NCBI GenBank assembly: GCA_951406725.2
Contig: OX597823.1
Coordinates: 29,202,001 to 29,266,000, forward strand
DNA from: Octopus vulgaris
Lineage: Eukaryota
Direction of reading: 5' to 3'
DNA length: 64,000 nt
In this document: piece after piece, positions 26,734 to 40,863 of the stretch
How the letters are laid out: the number at the start of each line of letters is the position of its first letter
How positions within the stretch are numbered: the stretch's first letter is position 1
Made by a program: the position numbers and the translations under genes
The notes under the pieces: generated by a model
Databases searched by the model: none
What the model was told of the DNA's origin: nothing
What the model saw: the letters and a program-made list of their open reading frames with translations, nothing else

Positions 26734-26947
26734 AAACAGCAGATTCAACGGTATACTATCAGATACAAAGATCTTAGCTTCTTCAGCACATCTTAATCCT
26801 TAAGGATGCCAGCAGATATCTCCGTGGCAGATTAGGATAACGTTTCAAAGGGTTAAGTTGAGCTGAAGAAGGTAAGATCTTTGTATCAAACCAGGAACCG
26901 GTCCACATTTTTTTCGATCTGCTAGTATACCGTTGAATCTGCTGTTT
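26734..26947. repeat. Nested foldback (~214 nt)
   Basis: Outer arms 26734-26764 / 26917-26947 match at 30 of 31 positions; inner arms 26762-26787 / 26862-26887 match at 25 of 26. Confidence 0.85.
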
Positions 26948-27183
26948 TCAGTTTAAATTTTTTGGTGGTCCAAATGAGAGTTTTTAACTCTTATTTCTAG
27001 CGGGTAGACTCATTAATGCGTCCTTATAATTAATATAATTTTTATTCTTTATCTATATAATGTTATTTTTTAGGCCTGCAACCACCTGTATTAATGTTTC
27101 TGTTATCAACTATTTATATTACCTTCGGTAATAATAGAAATATTAATATCCGATAAATATTCACTTCTGAATATTTTGTTGCT

Positions 27184-27257
<74 letters not shown>

Positions 27258-27451
27258 TAGGTGAATGAATTATCCTATGTTTATCGTCAGCATGGAAAAT
27301 TCCATTAACCGAAACCTGGGTAGCAAATTCACGTAGAAACACGGTTGAAGCGACCTGTCAAGGTTAGAAACTCCGGGTTCATGTGTAGAAATTTGTGTGT
27401 TGTATATGAATAAATGAAAGAATGGAGTCGAACGAAGATGTTAACAAAATT

Positions 27452-27545
27452 CCTTTACTCACGACACATGTTTCGAAGACAGCCCTGTTTTCATTCCAAA
27501 GGAATAAAGGGTGCATTATGCAATCTTCTCATCAGGAAAGAAAGG
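27452..27545 (-). ncRNA. Type I hammerhead ribozyme with branched stem II (PLE pseudo-LTR)
   Basis: Minus strand: CCTTTCTTTC CTGATGA GAAGA[...]TCTTC GAAA CATGTG TC^GTGAGTAAAGG. Confidence 0.75.
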
Positions 27546-27820
27546 GAGCCTCTCTCGACAACAAGACAAACAAAAATTTCAATGATTGCCTACATGGTAA
27601 ACAAAGCGATAATGAGTGTTTTTTTTAAAAAAACCGTTAGAAGAATTGACGTCAAAAATAGATAGTAGGAAGAGAAGGGATAAAGTAATAAGAGGTAGAG
27701 AACAAGTGGAGAGAGAAAGGTACGTTGATTGAAAGAATGTTCGAAGGCTTAGGAAAGAATTTCTCTATAGAAGTGGGGTGGACGTAAAGCTAATTGTTCA
27801 AACCACAGTGACTATCGTTA

Positions 27821-28735
27821 TCATTTATATGAGTAGAAAGTGTGTTTCTGCCGGTGTTTACATTTGTATGATTTTTCTATGAGTGTGTTTACTAGGGGAA
27901 CCTTAGAGAAAATAATATGGAAGAGTTCAGAGTTACAAATGTTACAAAATCTCCTGCCCTTATCAAAAGGAAAGGATACAGACAGTATGAACCAATCTAA
28001 CTTGAAAATTATATTGTTGTCTTTAAGACGCCAAACTAATTTACTTAGCCCTGTACTATGTCGTTTTTTACTATCTCTGAATGTTGAGTAGTGGTTTGAA
28101 ATTCTCTTGGATAACTGGGAAGTGGACGCTCCTATATAGAAGAAGACATAGGTACCGGAAGAAATTCTACACTGGTAAATAGAATTCTTAATCTTAGAAT
28201 TACTAGACAAAAATTTAATTCTGTTGGGGTTGTCCTCCGAGATCGAAACGAAGTTTTTATTGTTATGATTGTTGTTACTATTATTATTAGCGCTAACAAC
28301 TACACTATTTCTATTATTATTAGTATTATTAATGGTATTACAACCAGTAATACCACCGACAATAATACCGTTATTGTTGCTACCATCAACACTACCATTG
28401 TTATTAACACGACTAATACTATTATTAATATTATCACTTTTAACACTTTTGCTGCTACTAATGCTGTTACTATTAATACTATTCATATTATTATGATTGT
28501 ATGATGGGTTGGAATTAGCAAGATTAGTGTTGGAACTCCCGGGTGAAGAATCTTTGTTTAGCAGCTTGGTATTGTGGGAAGATATAATTTGTGAAAGATT
28601 CCTAGTGTTAGAGAAAGTGATTCTGACCTTGTGTGAATTGATAATAGAATGATATCTAGAATTTCTGGGAAAGTTCCTAGCAACGGCTTCACGGAACTGT
28701 AAGGGAAGGTTCGATTTAATTTGTTTTCCGAAAGA
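27821..28735 (-). mobile_element. Penelope-like element (Naiad-like), 5'-truncated: RT-thumb, Asn-rich linker and GIY-YIG endonuclease in one open frame
   Basis: FP...YHSIINSHKVRITFS...NLSQIISSHN; SIYQCRI...FYIGAS...SKRISNHYSTFR...STGLSKLVWRLK...WFIL...CNICNSE...LVN...KCKH. An HHR lies ~280 nt downstream. The first ~10 aa of the listed ORF come from the adjacent LINE. Confidence 0.85.
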
Positions 28736-28929
28736 GATCAAAGAGGAACAGGATCTCATCAACTTTAAACGGAGTCTGGATAGATTCCTTCAAGGAATAC
28801 CAGATAAGCCACCCATAATTGGATACAACTCACCCAACAAAAACTCACTACTTGAATGGACCATAAACAAAACTTGACTTAAACAGGATTCAAATAATTC
28901 TATCAGGTGGTGCTATTAAGTTAGACATG

Positions 28930-28930
<1 letters not shown>
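28733..28930 (+). mobile_element. CR1/L2-type LINE, extreme 3' end
   Basis: KEIKEEQDLINFKRSLDRFLQGIPDKPPIIGYNSPNKNSLLEW; nearly identical to the minus-strand copy at 39900-40135. Confidence 0.8.
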
Positions 28931-28973
<43 letters not shown>

Positions 28974-28976
<3 letters not shown>

Positions 28977-30385
28977 CCATCCACTACATACAAAACGCAA
29001 CATCCCATACTGCCTAGCCAGAAGAATTTGTACCATTATAGAAGATGCAAATATCAGGAACAAACGCCTAACAGAACTAAGAGAATTTTTGCTCAAACAA
29101 AAATACCCATCTCTACTTATAGAACATGGCATACAGCGGGCTATAAAAATACCCATACAACAACTTAGGACAACCCAAGGAAGAGGAAAACAAGAACAAG
29201 TCATACCATTCATAATGACACACAACCCATGTCACCAGAATATCTTCAACATTGCCAAAGCAAACCTACCAATCATTGCCCAAAGTAATGAATTAAAAGA
29301 CATAATCACGGATCGAGCTATGGTTCTTAGTAAAAGACAGCCTAAAAACTTGAAAAATTTCTAACAAAGGCAAAATTTGACCTTAGCAACAAAGACCATT
29401 CACTGTATTTAAATGCAATGATAGCCGGTGTGGCACATGGCAATTCATACACACCGGCCAATATATAAACACAAAAACCGGGAAAATATTCACAAACGCG
29501 AATATGAACTGCAAAAGCAGAAATTTAATTTACTTCATCAAATGCCCAAATTGTGAAGAAATATATGTAGGTCAGACGGGAAATGCACTATCAGAACGGT
29601 CACGTGTACACCGACAACAGATTAGAGACCCAGAGGTCCGTCAGATACCTTTGAGTAACCACCTAGCAACATGTGGTCGGAAAATATATATAATATTTCC
29701 ATTCTACAAATTACACAGCCCAAGTGAAATCGAGAGGAAAATCAGAGAAAAGAACTTTATTGATAAATTCGAACCCAAGCTGAATAAGCAATAATAATAA
29801 TACTTAGATAGCAGGAAAATTCTCTTATTTAGGGTTAAAAGTTCTATTGCCACCACCATCACCACTATCAACAATAATTAAGGTGCTGACAATGATGATA
29901 ATGACAATTGAAATATAAAAATATAAAAATCTCTGACAAAGGCTATTTACAACATTTCTAAAAATAGCCCAACAATTGCTGCCTCGGCCAGGGTTAAGAT
30001 ACATGACTCTTGACATGTCCAACAAAGCGTGACGCCTAAACCAATCAGCTCAACCAACCAATCAGCTTAAGTAAATGAGTGATACTACACACTGATTGAT
30101 CAGAATACAGTTTGCAAAACCTAGCAATCTGGAGCCTACACAGCTGTATTTAAGGCACAGATTCAATCATCTCGCTACAGTCAAAAATTGTGAAGCATGA
30201 CTGTCACCACTACTACATGAACCTGAAGATTGCAGAATTTAATGCATGAAAGTACTAGTTCAATCAGAATGAACATTTAACATTCTATTATTTTATTTTA
30301 TTTTATTATATTATATTATATTATATCATTATAAGATTATAAATAAAACGTGAAAATTAGACAAGGTCGGAATTCCTTTTATTAA
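28974..30385 (+). mobile_element. Penelope-like element (Neptune-like), 5'-truncated, frameshifted GIY-YIG region plus 3' pseudo-LTR
   Basis: CHPLHTKRNIPYCLARRICTI...KYP...PFIMTHNP...KRQPKNLK; KCNDSRCGT; NCKSRNLIYFIKCPNCEEIYVGQTG...ERSRVH...RE..FIDKFEPKLN. HHR at 30218-30262 and AATAAA at ~30342. Confidence 0.88.
30218..30262 (+). ncRNA. Minimal type I hammerhead ribozyme
   Basis: TGAAC CTGAAGA T-TGCA GAATTTAA TGCA-T GAAA GTAC TA^GTTCA: perfect 5-bp stem I and palindromic stem III AGTACT. Confidence 0.8.
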
Positions 30386-30397
30386 TATATATATATA

Positions 30398-30610
30398 ACG
30401 GGAAGCTTTATGAAAATAAGCAAAAGACGAAGGCAGGTGGAGTACAACCAAACAATTGTATTAGTATGGCGCTCAGGAATATAAATAAAAATAAAACAAG
30501 TCTTTTACGTTTCGAGCCTACGCTCTTCAACAGAAAGATACACAGAAAAGAAACACGGAGAGAAACAAGGAGAGAAAAAAATGCCTGCAGAAGCTAGCGA
30601 TTCAACATGG

Positions 30611-30613
<3 letters not shown>
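30398..30613 (-). mobile_element. Short non-coding repeat family E carrying an HHR-like motif with core CUGUUGA
   Basis: Copies also at 39648-39810, 42990-43160 and 62430-62612. Motif at 30501-30538: TCTTT CTGTTGA A GAGC GTAG GCTC GAAA CG TA^AAAGA. Confidence 0.7.
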
Positions 30614-30665
<52 letters not shown>

Positions 30666-30765
30666 AGAGTGTGTGTGGGAGTGTTTGTAACCTACCACTG
30701 CTTCAAAACGGTGATGGTATTTTTACTTGTCCGTAACTTACCTGTTCGGCAAAGTGCTCTATATA

Positions 30766-30805
<40 letters not shown>

Positions 30806-30930
30806 TGGCGTCTATTCATTCAACTAGAATTGTTCAGACGGTACTCCAGTATGACCGCAATCTAATGACTGAAACAAATAAATGATTAAGTATTAAGTAA
30901 ATAAATAAATGAATATATATATATATATAT

Positions 30931-31242
30931 CACCGTCACCGTGATCACCGTGACCGACCAGGTTATCAGATGTTGCTACACATCGCTGGTCACAATGCGC
31001 TTCGCATTGTTTTAGCCTTCAAATGATGCCATCCCACTGGCTAACCGAGCAGGCCAACAGAAGAAAGAGTGAGAGAAAGTTGTGGCGAAAGAGTACAGCA
31101 GGGATCGCCACCACCCACTACTGGAGCCACGTGGAGCTTTAGGTGTTTTCGCTCAATAAACACTCACAGCGCCCGGTCTGGGAATCGAAACCGCGATCTT
31201 ACAACCGCGAGCCCGCTGCCCTAACCACTGGGCCATTGCGAC
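30931..31242 (-). mobile_element. SINE family C, full length
   Basis: Aligns end to end with 8514-8818. Confidence 0.8.
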
Positions 31243-31251
31243 TCTACTATA

Positions 31252-32618
<1,367 letters not shown>

Positions 32619-32624
32619 GAGGCG

Positions 32625-32658
<34 letters not shown>

Positions 32659-32662
<4 letters not shown>

Positions 32663-32915
32663 AAAGGGACAGGCAACAGGTTGCTTGACCGCATACCGAA
32701 AAAATAGAAATAGCAGTCAAGAATGCTTATTTCTATCAAAAGTGGGACTCCGGGCACGACAAACCCTGTAATTCACATATGCAAAAGTTTTGCATATGTG
32801 AATTACAGGGTTTGTCGTGCCCGAAGTCCCACTTTGATAGAAATAAGCATTCTTGACTGCTATTTCTATTTTTTCGGTATGCGGTCAAGCAGCCTGTTGC
32901 CTGTCCCTTTTTCTT
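32659..32915. repeat. Near-perfect palindrome, ~128-bp arms, 1-nt spacer
   Basis: Centre ...CACATATGCAAAA G TTTTGCATATGTG... at 32787. About 4 differences between the arms; flanked by (TA)n. Confidence 0.92.
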
Positions 32916-33045
32916 ATATACAATATATATACTGAACTTTACAGAAGTTCCTGCCGGTAATCGGCTATATTTACATACCGAATTCTACCAGTAAATAATT
33001 GTGGTTTTTTTAAAAACCTTTATAGAAATTATTTACTCTTATTAT

Positions 33046-33096
<51 letters not shown>

Positions 33097-33180
33097 TGTG
33101 TGTCAGTTCTTTAATGTAATTATCATTATCATTTTCATTGCTATTATCAACTTTCCTACCGCCATCATTTTTATCATTAA

Positions 33181-33573
33181 CTAGCAGTATCGCCCGGCGT
33201 TGCTCGGGTTTGTAAGGGAAATAACTATAAAGCATTTTTAGAGAGTTATAACCAAAAAATAGCAAAAAAATGCATTAAAAATGGAAAAAAATTATGGTAA
33301 ATTTTTTTTTAAATCGTTGACTCATCGTAGACATTTTTAGAGAGTTACTTCCCTTATATTTAAAAAAATATGCATTAAAATGGAAAACATGATGGTAAAT
33401 TATTTTTAAAATCGTAGACTCATCGTAGACGCGCGCTAATACCCAGAAGGGCTCGATATGAATTACGACCATAAGATACCCGGTTTTGGTTAAACTGCAC
33501 CGCAAAATGTGGGAGTAGTTAGGAATCTAAATCGTAGGAGACAGACACACAACTTGACTTTTATATATAAAGA
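33181..33573 (-). mobile_element. Complete non-autonomous Helitron (393 bp)
   Basis: Minus strand A|TCTTTATATATAAAAG...AAACCCGAGCAACGCCGGGCGATACTGCTAG|T: 5' TC, subterminal GC hairpin, 3' CTAG, A/T insertion site, no TSD. A second 3' end lies at 47924-47982. Confidence 0.85.
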
Positions 33574-33592
33574 TATTATTGTTCGTAATTAA

Positions 33593-33950
33593 GACGGTAG
33601 GCTGGCTGTGATGCTAGTACGCTGGGGAAAATACTTAGTGACATTTTGTTAACCTTCACGTTCTAAGTTCAAATTTCACTGAGGTCGACTTTTTCGAGGT
33701 CGATAAAACAAATACCAAAATCGCTGTCCTTGTATCAACATATGAAATCAATATTACCGTTACTAATTATGGCGTTGAGCTACCAGAGTCGTTCGCACGC
33801 TTACGTTTCTGAGTTCAAATTTTATCGATGTTGACTTCGCGCTTTATCCTTTTGATTTCGATGAAATAAGGACCAATTGGACACTGGAATCATTGTAATC
33901 GACTTCTCCCTTCACCAGAGCAACTGGCCTTGTGCCAATATTTGAAATAT
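33593..33950 (+). mobile_element. Two degraded tandem SINE family B copies
   Basis: gttcaaatt...gtcgact...gtcgataaa...ggccttgtgcc motifs occur twice. Confidence 0.55.
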
Positions 33951-34479
33951 ATATTACTATTTGTAGAAATCATAGACATTTCTGTTCTTGGTACAAAAGA
34001 AATTAGGTCTTAACAATCAGAATATAGATAATTCTTTCGACCCATATTTCTCAAACTAAGCAAAGCCGCCATTCTTATTTTCGTATTTTGATTCTGTATC
34101 TTCTATTTTGTAATCCTATTAAGCCTGTAACATTCAATTTTTATTATTTATTTATTTATTTATTTTCATTTTCTTATTTATTGATGCACATCAATATAAT
34201 ATTACTTAAGACTTACAACGCAACGAATACGTTAAGAATTAGTTTATTTGATGGTGATTTTCATACACACACACAAACACGCATACAAACACACGCGCGC
34301 GCATACACACACACACGCACACACACACATACATTTGTGTGAATGTGTGTGAGTGTAAATATATATACATGTATATACATATACATATATGCATGCATTC
34401 ATACATACATATAGATAGGTATAGAGTGAGAGAGCGGAAAGACAGAGAAGGAGAGAGATAGATGTGTGCATGTGCTGAT

Positions 34480-34523
<44 letters not shown>

Positions 34524-34732
34524 TGTGTGTCTGTGTGTGTGTCTGTGTGTGTGTCTGTGTGTGTGTCTGTGTGTGTGTCTGTGTGTATACACACAAACAT
34601 TCACAAACACACACACGCATATATATACATACGTACATATATATGTATGAATCTTTTCAAACTATTACTTACATACATACATTGTTTGCATGTATTATTC
34701 TAATACATACATGCATAATACACTCACACACC

Positions 34733-34765
<33 letters not shown>

Positions 34766-34893
34766 TTACACACACACATACATATATATGTATATAAATA
34801 TATTTATATATTTACATATATATGTGTTTATAGATATATATATATATGCATATAAATATATATATATATGTATATATATATATATGCATATAC

Positions 34894-34972
<79 letters not shown>

Positions 34973-35317
34973 TATATGCATACATACATGTATCTATAAT
35001 ATATAACATTTGATAATCAAACTTTCCACACTAATAACACTGCAACATGCTTAAATGATAACCTACACCCTCTCAATATAAACAGGTGAACATCCATAAA
35101 TAATACGAACAGGGAAACATGGAAACTAACTAAACATTACCACCTACTTACGATCTTTTGTGTGACCCTATGACCGGAAGCTGACACACCTAAACAGTCA
35201 TGCCTAATTACAGAGCTCTACATGCATGAATGAATTCTAACAATTAGTAATTCCACAAATTTAATCAATAAAATTTCTCCATACAATCTTTCCTCTACAA
35301 CCTATAAAACCTAATCA

Positions 35318-35526
35318 CGAGGGGGTGCTGAAATCTTTCTGGCAAAAGAATATACAGAAGTATCAGTTAATTATAATTTTATTCAACATATTCTCCTCTC
35401 AGATCCATACTTTTATTGCAACGGTCCTTCAGTCTTTCTAACACCTGTAAAGGAACTGGGAAGGATGGGCCTCCAGCCATGCCTTTTGCGACACCCTTAA
35501 AACCAGGAACTTTTCAGCACCCCTCG
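35318..35526. mobile_element. mariner-type MITE (~209 bp)
   Basis: TIR CGAGGGGGTGCTGAAATCTTTCTGG ... CCAGGAACTTTTCAGCACCCCTCG. Confidence 0.7.
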
Positions 35527-35687
35527 AATATATATAACAGAATACTTTGATTAAACTGAATCTCGCGAGAAATTTCATCAGTGTCAAGTTAAATAAATAT
35601 AATCATTCATATAACTCTAGGTGTAGATATGGTGTATATACACACACGCACATATACACACACATACACACACACGCACAAACATAT

Positions 35688-35785
<98 letters not shown>

Positions 35786-35979
35786 GTGTGCATTTTTCTC
35801 TTATTAACAATTAACACAGAAAAATAGATATTTACTAGGGTAGCAAAAAATCATACAAGTAAAAACTCCTTGTAACTCTTTGTTTTATTCTTTTTGAATT
35901 ATACTAGTGATATCTTCGAAAGTAAAATAATCTGAATAAGACCTGTGTTTAATTCCATTTATATAAATACATATATATA

Positions 35980-36026
<47 letters not shown>

Positions 36027-36029
<3 letters not shown>

Positions 36030-36235
36030 AGAGTAAGTAGATAAATGTGGAACAATGTGGGAAAAAATAGTACTCGAATACCAGAGGTAGCGTAATATGC
36101 TTTATTAATAAAGCTGCTAAGTCGTCACAAAAGCTGTTACTCGGAGTTTCATGTTCTTGTTTGTCGGACAGTTTTTTCTCAACCAAAACTGTAACTGTTT
36201 TTATAAAGTCTTTGCAGCCTTAATAATAAAGCATA
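36027..36235 (-). mobile_element. PLE-type short repeat with a degenerate HHR and inverted duplication (same family as 6457-6600)
   Basis: Shares aaaaatagtactc-aatacca-aggtag-gtaatatgctttatt with 6490-6542. Minus-strand CTGT CCGACAA...GAAA CTCCGAG TA^ACAG at 36134-36171. Confidence 0.5.
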
Positions 36236-37302
36236 TATATATATATAAGAAATTAAAAAACAACATGGACCAAATTTCTTCTTAAGAAAAAATATATATC
36301 CAAATAAGTAAAACATAATATCATAAATAGCGATAGCGAAACCGGTCGATATATTAAAAATTATATTAAAACTATGTAAGTGTGCGTATTTTCCAATATA
36401 CTGCTGGTTGTGTAACCAATTATTCATACGCAAGTGCTGGTTATTAGGTGTTAATCTCGCATTTGAGCGTTATATATGGGCGGGGATATAAAATTGGTTT
36501 ATCCCTAATTCATACGGCAAATAAGAAAATGGAGGGGATACAAAACGACATACATCACCTTGAAGACATTCCAGTGTGTCTATTTATAACTAAGCATTAG
36601 AAAATATTAGAAGAAAACATACACATGTAGTAACTATGTGTTACACACACATGTGTCAATGTTACAGAAAAGAGCAAGAGATCAGTTCCTTGCGGCCGTT
36701 TCTGCTAAGAAGCAACGAGATCCTCCATGCCATTTCCATCTCTCCAGTGTTATGTAGGGATGGGCAGATACAGTTTGGATGATGGGTGTCTCTAGGCTTC
36801 TTCAGAGGGTCTAAGTAGTCAGGAGGGCTAATACATATAATAAACAGCTAACAATAGGTACGGTGTTTTTGTCGTTATTGAAAAGGGCAGAAAAATAAGA
36901 GAAGCAATCATGAGGCAGTGAGAGAAATACAATTAGGCATAGGAAGGGGAAATAAGCTACAAACTTCCTGTTATGTAATCCAAATGGATAGAGGGAGAGA
37001 GAGAGAGATGGAGAGGGGGCGAGATGGGTTGGTGGGTCCGTTCGAGGGATACATAGATGTAACTCGTTAAAATAAACAAATCAGCAAGGTTTCATAGTAT
37101 TCGTCGCATAATTGTAACCTGGTTCCTTGAAAGTTTATCAATGAGATTATGAACTCTGAATTACAAACTGCGGAAATGTGTCCGTAACTAGGACGCAGAT
37201 GTGCGACAAAAATATTGACACTTCATGGAATAACTTTAAATTTTTAAGTGAATTTAACAAGCTTTGTATTATTAAATTATTAGAATTGCTATGGGCATAT
37301 GG

Positions 37303-37355
<53 letters not shown>

Positions 37356-37371
37356 TACATACATACATACA

Positions 37372-37407
<36 letters not shown>

Positions 37408-37704
37408 TACATGCATACATGCATACATACATATATACATACATACAAACACACATATATATATACACATGCATATGAGCCTGTGTATACATATATACAC
37501 ATAATATATGTATATGTATATATGCACATATATGCATGCATACATAAGCACACACATGTATATATTTATACATACACACACATACATATACATATGCATG
37601 TATGTATGTTAATATATACAAATGTTTGTGTGGTGTACACATATACATGCACCGCACATTCATATGCACATGCATATAAACGTGCGTATACATATATTCA
37701 CATA

Positions 37705-37745
<41 letters not shown>

Positions 37746-37813
37746 ATATATCTATATATATACATGTATATATATATGCATACATACATGAATATATATA
37801 TATATATGTATGC

Positions 37814-37845
<32 letters not shown>

Positions 37846-38973
37846 GCATAAATGCATACATGTATATATATATGCATACATGCATACATGTATATATATA
37901 CATGCATACATACATACACAAACACACACGTACATGTGTATATGTATGCATATTTTTATACAGGGAGAGCATGTATGTAAAAAAAAATTACGCGTGACAG
38001 ATTGATAAAGCAAAAGATAATGTAGAAAGAGTTGGAGAGTGAGGATGATAGGGAAGGAGGGAGAGATAGAATTGGGGATACGCAAAGACTTCGTTTTCAA
38101 TTTGATAATTCTGTGACTATATTACCGCTACTTAGCATTGCCATGACAACGACATCGCCTTCCCTCTACTCTCCTTATGGTACTCTTCCCTTCTTCCTTA
38201 TCTTCTTTACTAGCACGTGCTTCTATCTTTCTGTCTCTCTCTCTCTCTGTCTCCCTCTCTCTCTCTCTCTCCGACCCATTTCTCTCCACTGTCTCCACCT
38301 GTCCACCTGACTCTTTCTTCACTCTTTCTCTCTCTTTCTCATCTTCTCTCTCTCTCTCTCTTTGAATTAAATTCTTTCTCTTTCCTCTCTCTCTACACTC
38401 AACCTCTCTCTCACTTATACCCTCCTCTCTGTTTCTCTTATTAACCACATCTCTGGCTCTCCGCTCTCTTTCACCCCCCTCTGTTTCTTTGTCTTTTTCC
38501 TTGTGTCTCTCTTATCTCTTTCTGTTTCTCTCTCTCTGCCTTTCTCTTTCTTTCTCTCCCCTCTCTCTCTGTCTCTCTCTCTCGCTCTCTCTTACACACA
38601 GTCCACATACACCACGTACACTCTCCCTCCCCCACCGAACCACTAATCCTTCATTTCCGCTCCTCCTCCCTCTCTTATTTCACGCAACTTATTGAACCAC
38701 CTCTAGTTCCCCCTCCTCCAACCGCTACTCTCTCGTCTCACCATACGTTCGTTTCTCCTCCCTCCCCTTCCTCTTACACCTATGCAATCGCTTCACGACA
38801 CCACCCCCACGCCGTAATTTGACAAGTCAAACCAAAACCGTGTCTTCTTTTATCGTTACACATCACCATCATCACCACCACCACCACCACCATCATCATC
38901 ATCGTCGTCATCATCATCATCATCATCATCATAATCATCATTATCATCATCATCACCATCATCATCATCATCG

Positions 38974-39008
<35 letters not shown>

Positions 39009-39553
39009 GTCGTCGTCATCATCATCATCATCGTCGTCATCGTCGTTGTAGTCGAGCAGTCGCCGCTTCCGCCACCGTTGTCATAATACCAATCACAACT
39101 AGCACGGCGAACAATGACACCACCACCACCACCACCACCAGCACCACCACCATCATCATCATCACCACCAAATAACCGCCATCATTAAAACGATTTCAAA
39201 AGACGACATCAAAACGACGAACAGCGACGACAACGTTGCTAAAAATATTGTTGCTATTGTTCGACTCCAACATCGACAACAACAACAACAACAACAACAG
39301 CGACAGCAACAGCAATAACTGCAACTGCAACAGCTAAAAACAACAACAACAACAACAACAACCAAAGCAGCCAAACACGCGCTACGTCATATATTACCAA
39401 CATCGCATACAAATACAACACATACAAAACTTTTGCATAAATTGTGGAATATGAGAATTATATGATGTGACTCTCATATGACACTTGTCAGTTTTCGTAT
39501 ATGAATACAGATATATCTATGTAAACTTATATATGTGTGTGTGTGTATATATA

Positions 39554-39638
<85 letters not shown>

Positions 39639-39818
39639 TGTATATTAGTTGAAATTTTCAGAAAATCAGAAGACGAAGACAGGTGTATAAACAACGAGCA
39701 GGTGTGTTAGTTTAACGCTCGGGAAGGTGAGAAAGTGTTTTACGTTTCGAGCCTACATTCTTCAATAGAAAGGAACACAGTTAAATAAACATAGAGAGAA
39801 TGAAAACAAATATGTGTG

Positions 39819-39856
<38 letters not shown>

Positions 39857-39860
<4 letters not shown>

Positions 39861-40390
39861 TAGATAAACTTAGATATGTTTCGACCAGAGATTGGTCCAG
39901 GCCATGTCTAACTTAATAGCACCACCTGATAGGATTATTCGAATCCTGTTTAAGTCAAGTTTTGTTCAAGTAGTGAGTTCTTGTTGGGTGAGTTGTATCC
40001 AGTTTTGTTCAAGTAGTGAGTTCTTGTTGGGTGAGTTGTATCCAATTATGGGTGGCTTGTCTGGTATTCTTTGAAGGAATCTATCCAGACTCTGTTTAAA
40101 GTTGATGGGATCCTTTTCCTCTTTGATCTCCCTCGGGACAATGTTAAATAGGGCAGGGCCTGTTGAGGAAAAGAAATTATGTTGCAGTGTACATGTATGT
40201 TGTGATCTTGAATTTGGCAGGGGTCGTATAGCCCGTGGTCCAAGTCTCGGATGAACCTTGAAGCTAATGTTTAGGTCGTTTGGGCAAAGTTGGCGGTATA
40301 TTTTCCACATCGTACAAATGATGTACCGCTCACGGCGACGCTGGAGGGAGTAAAGTTTCAAGGCTTTAAGGCGATCCCAATAGTCGAGGA
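39857..40390 (-). mobile_element. CR1/L2-type LINE 3' fragment with (TATCTAAGTT)n tail and an internal ~43-bp tandem duplication
   Basis: LDYWDRLKALKLYSLQRRRERYII...GPALFNIVP...FKQSLDRFLQRIPDKP. ttttgttcaagtagtgagttcttgttgggtgagttgtatcca occurs twice (39960-40045). Confidence 0.85.
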
Positions 40391-40634
40391 ACAAGAGAGA
40401 CAGAGCAAGGCAGAAACAAGGAAAATGCCACTTATATTTGAACACTATACAAATATTCCTTTAAAAAAACATTTCTTTTAATTTTTCTAAATTTAATTAT
40501 TTAATCGTTACAGTTGAAAAGGTCTCAAAATGACTGAAACCGGTACTGAAATGTTCTTTATAAAATTATTTTAGCATTTTCTATTTTGACTTATTTTTTC
40601 ATATATATCAACTCGTGTGTTCCTTTTCATCCTT

Positions 40635-40669
<35 letters not shown>

Positions 40670-40827
40670 GGCGCAGGCGGGGCTGTGTCGTAAGTAGCTT
40701 GCTTACCAACTGCATGTTTCCGGGTTCAGTCGCATGACACCTCGAGCAAGTGTTTTCTCGACCAAAACACGGGCCGACCAAAGCTTTGTGAGTGGATTCG
40801 GTAGACAGAACCTGAAAGAAACCCGTC

Positions 40828-40863
<36 letters not shown>

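Noticed and set aside
36688-36752. Minus-strand CTGGAGA...GAAACGGCCGCA hammerhead-like motif in a possible decayed PLE (36240-37280)
   Set aside because: The core is mutated, stem II does not close cleanly and there is no UH site; too degenerate to call.
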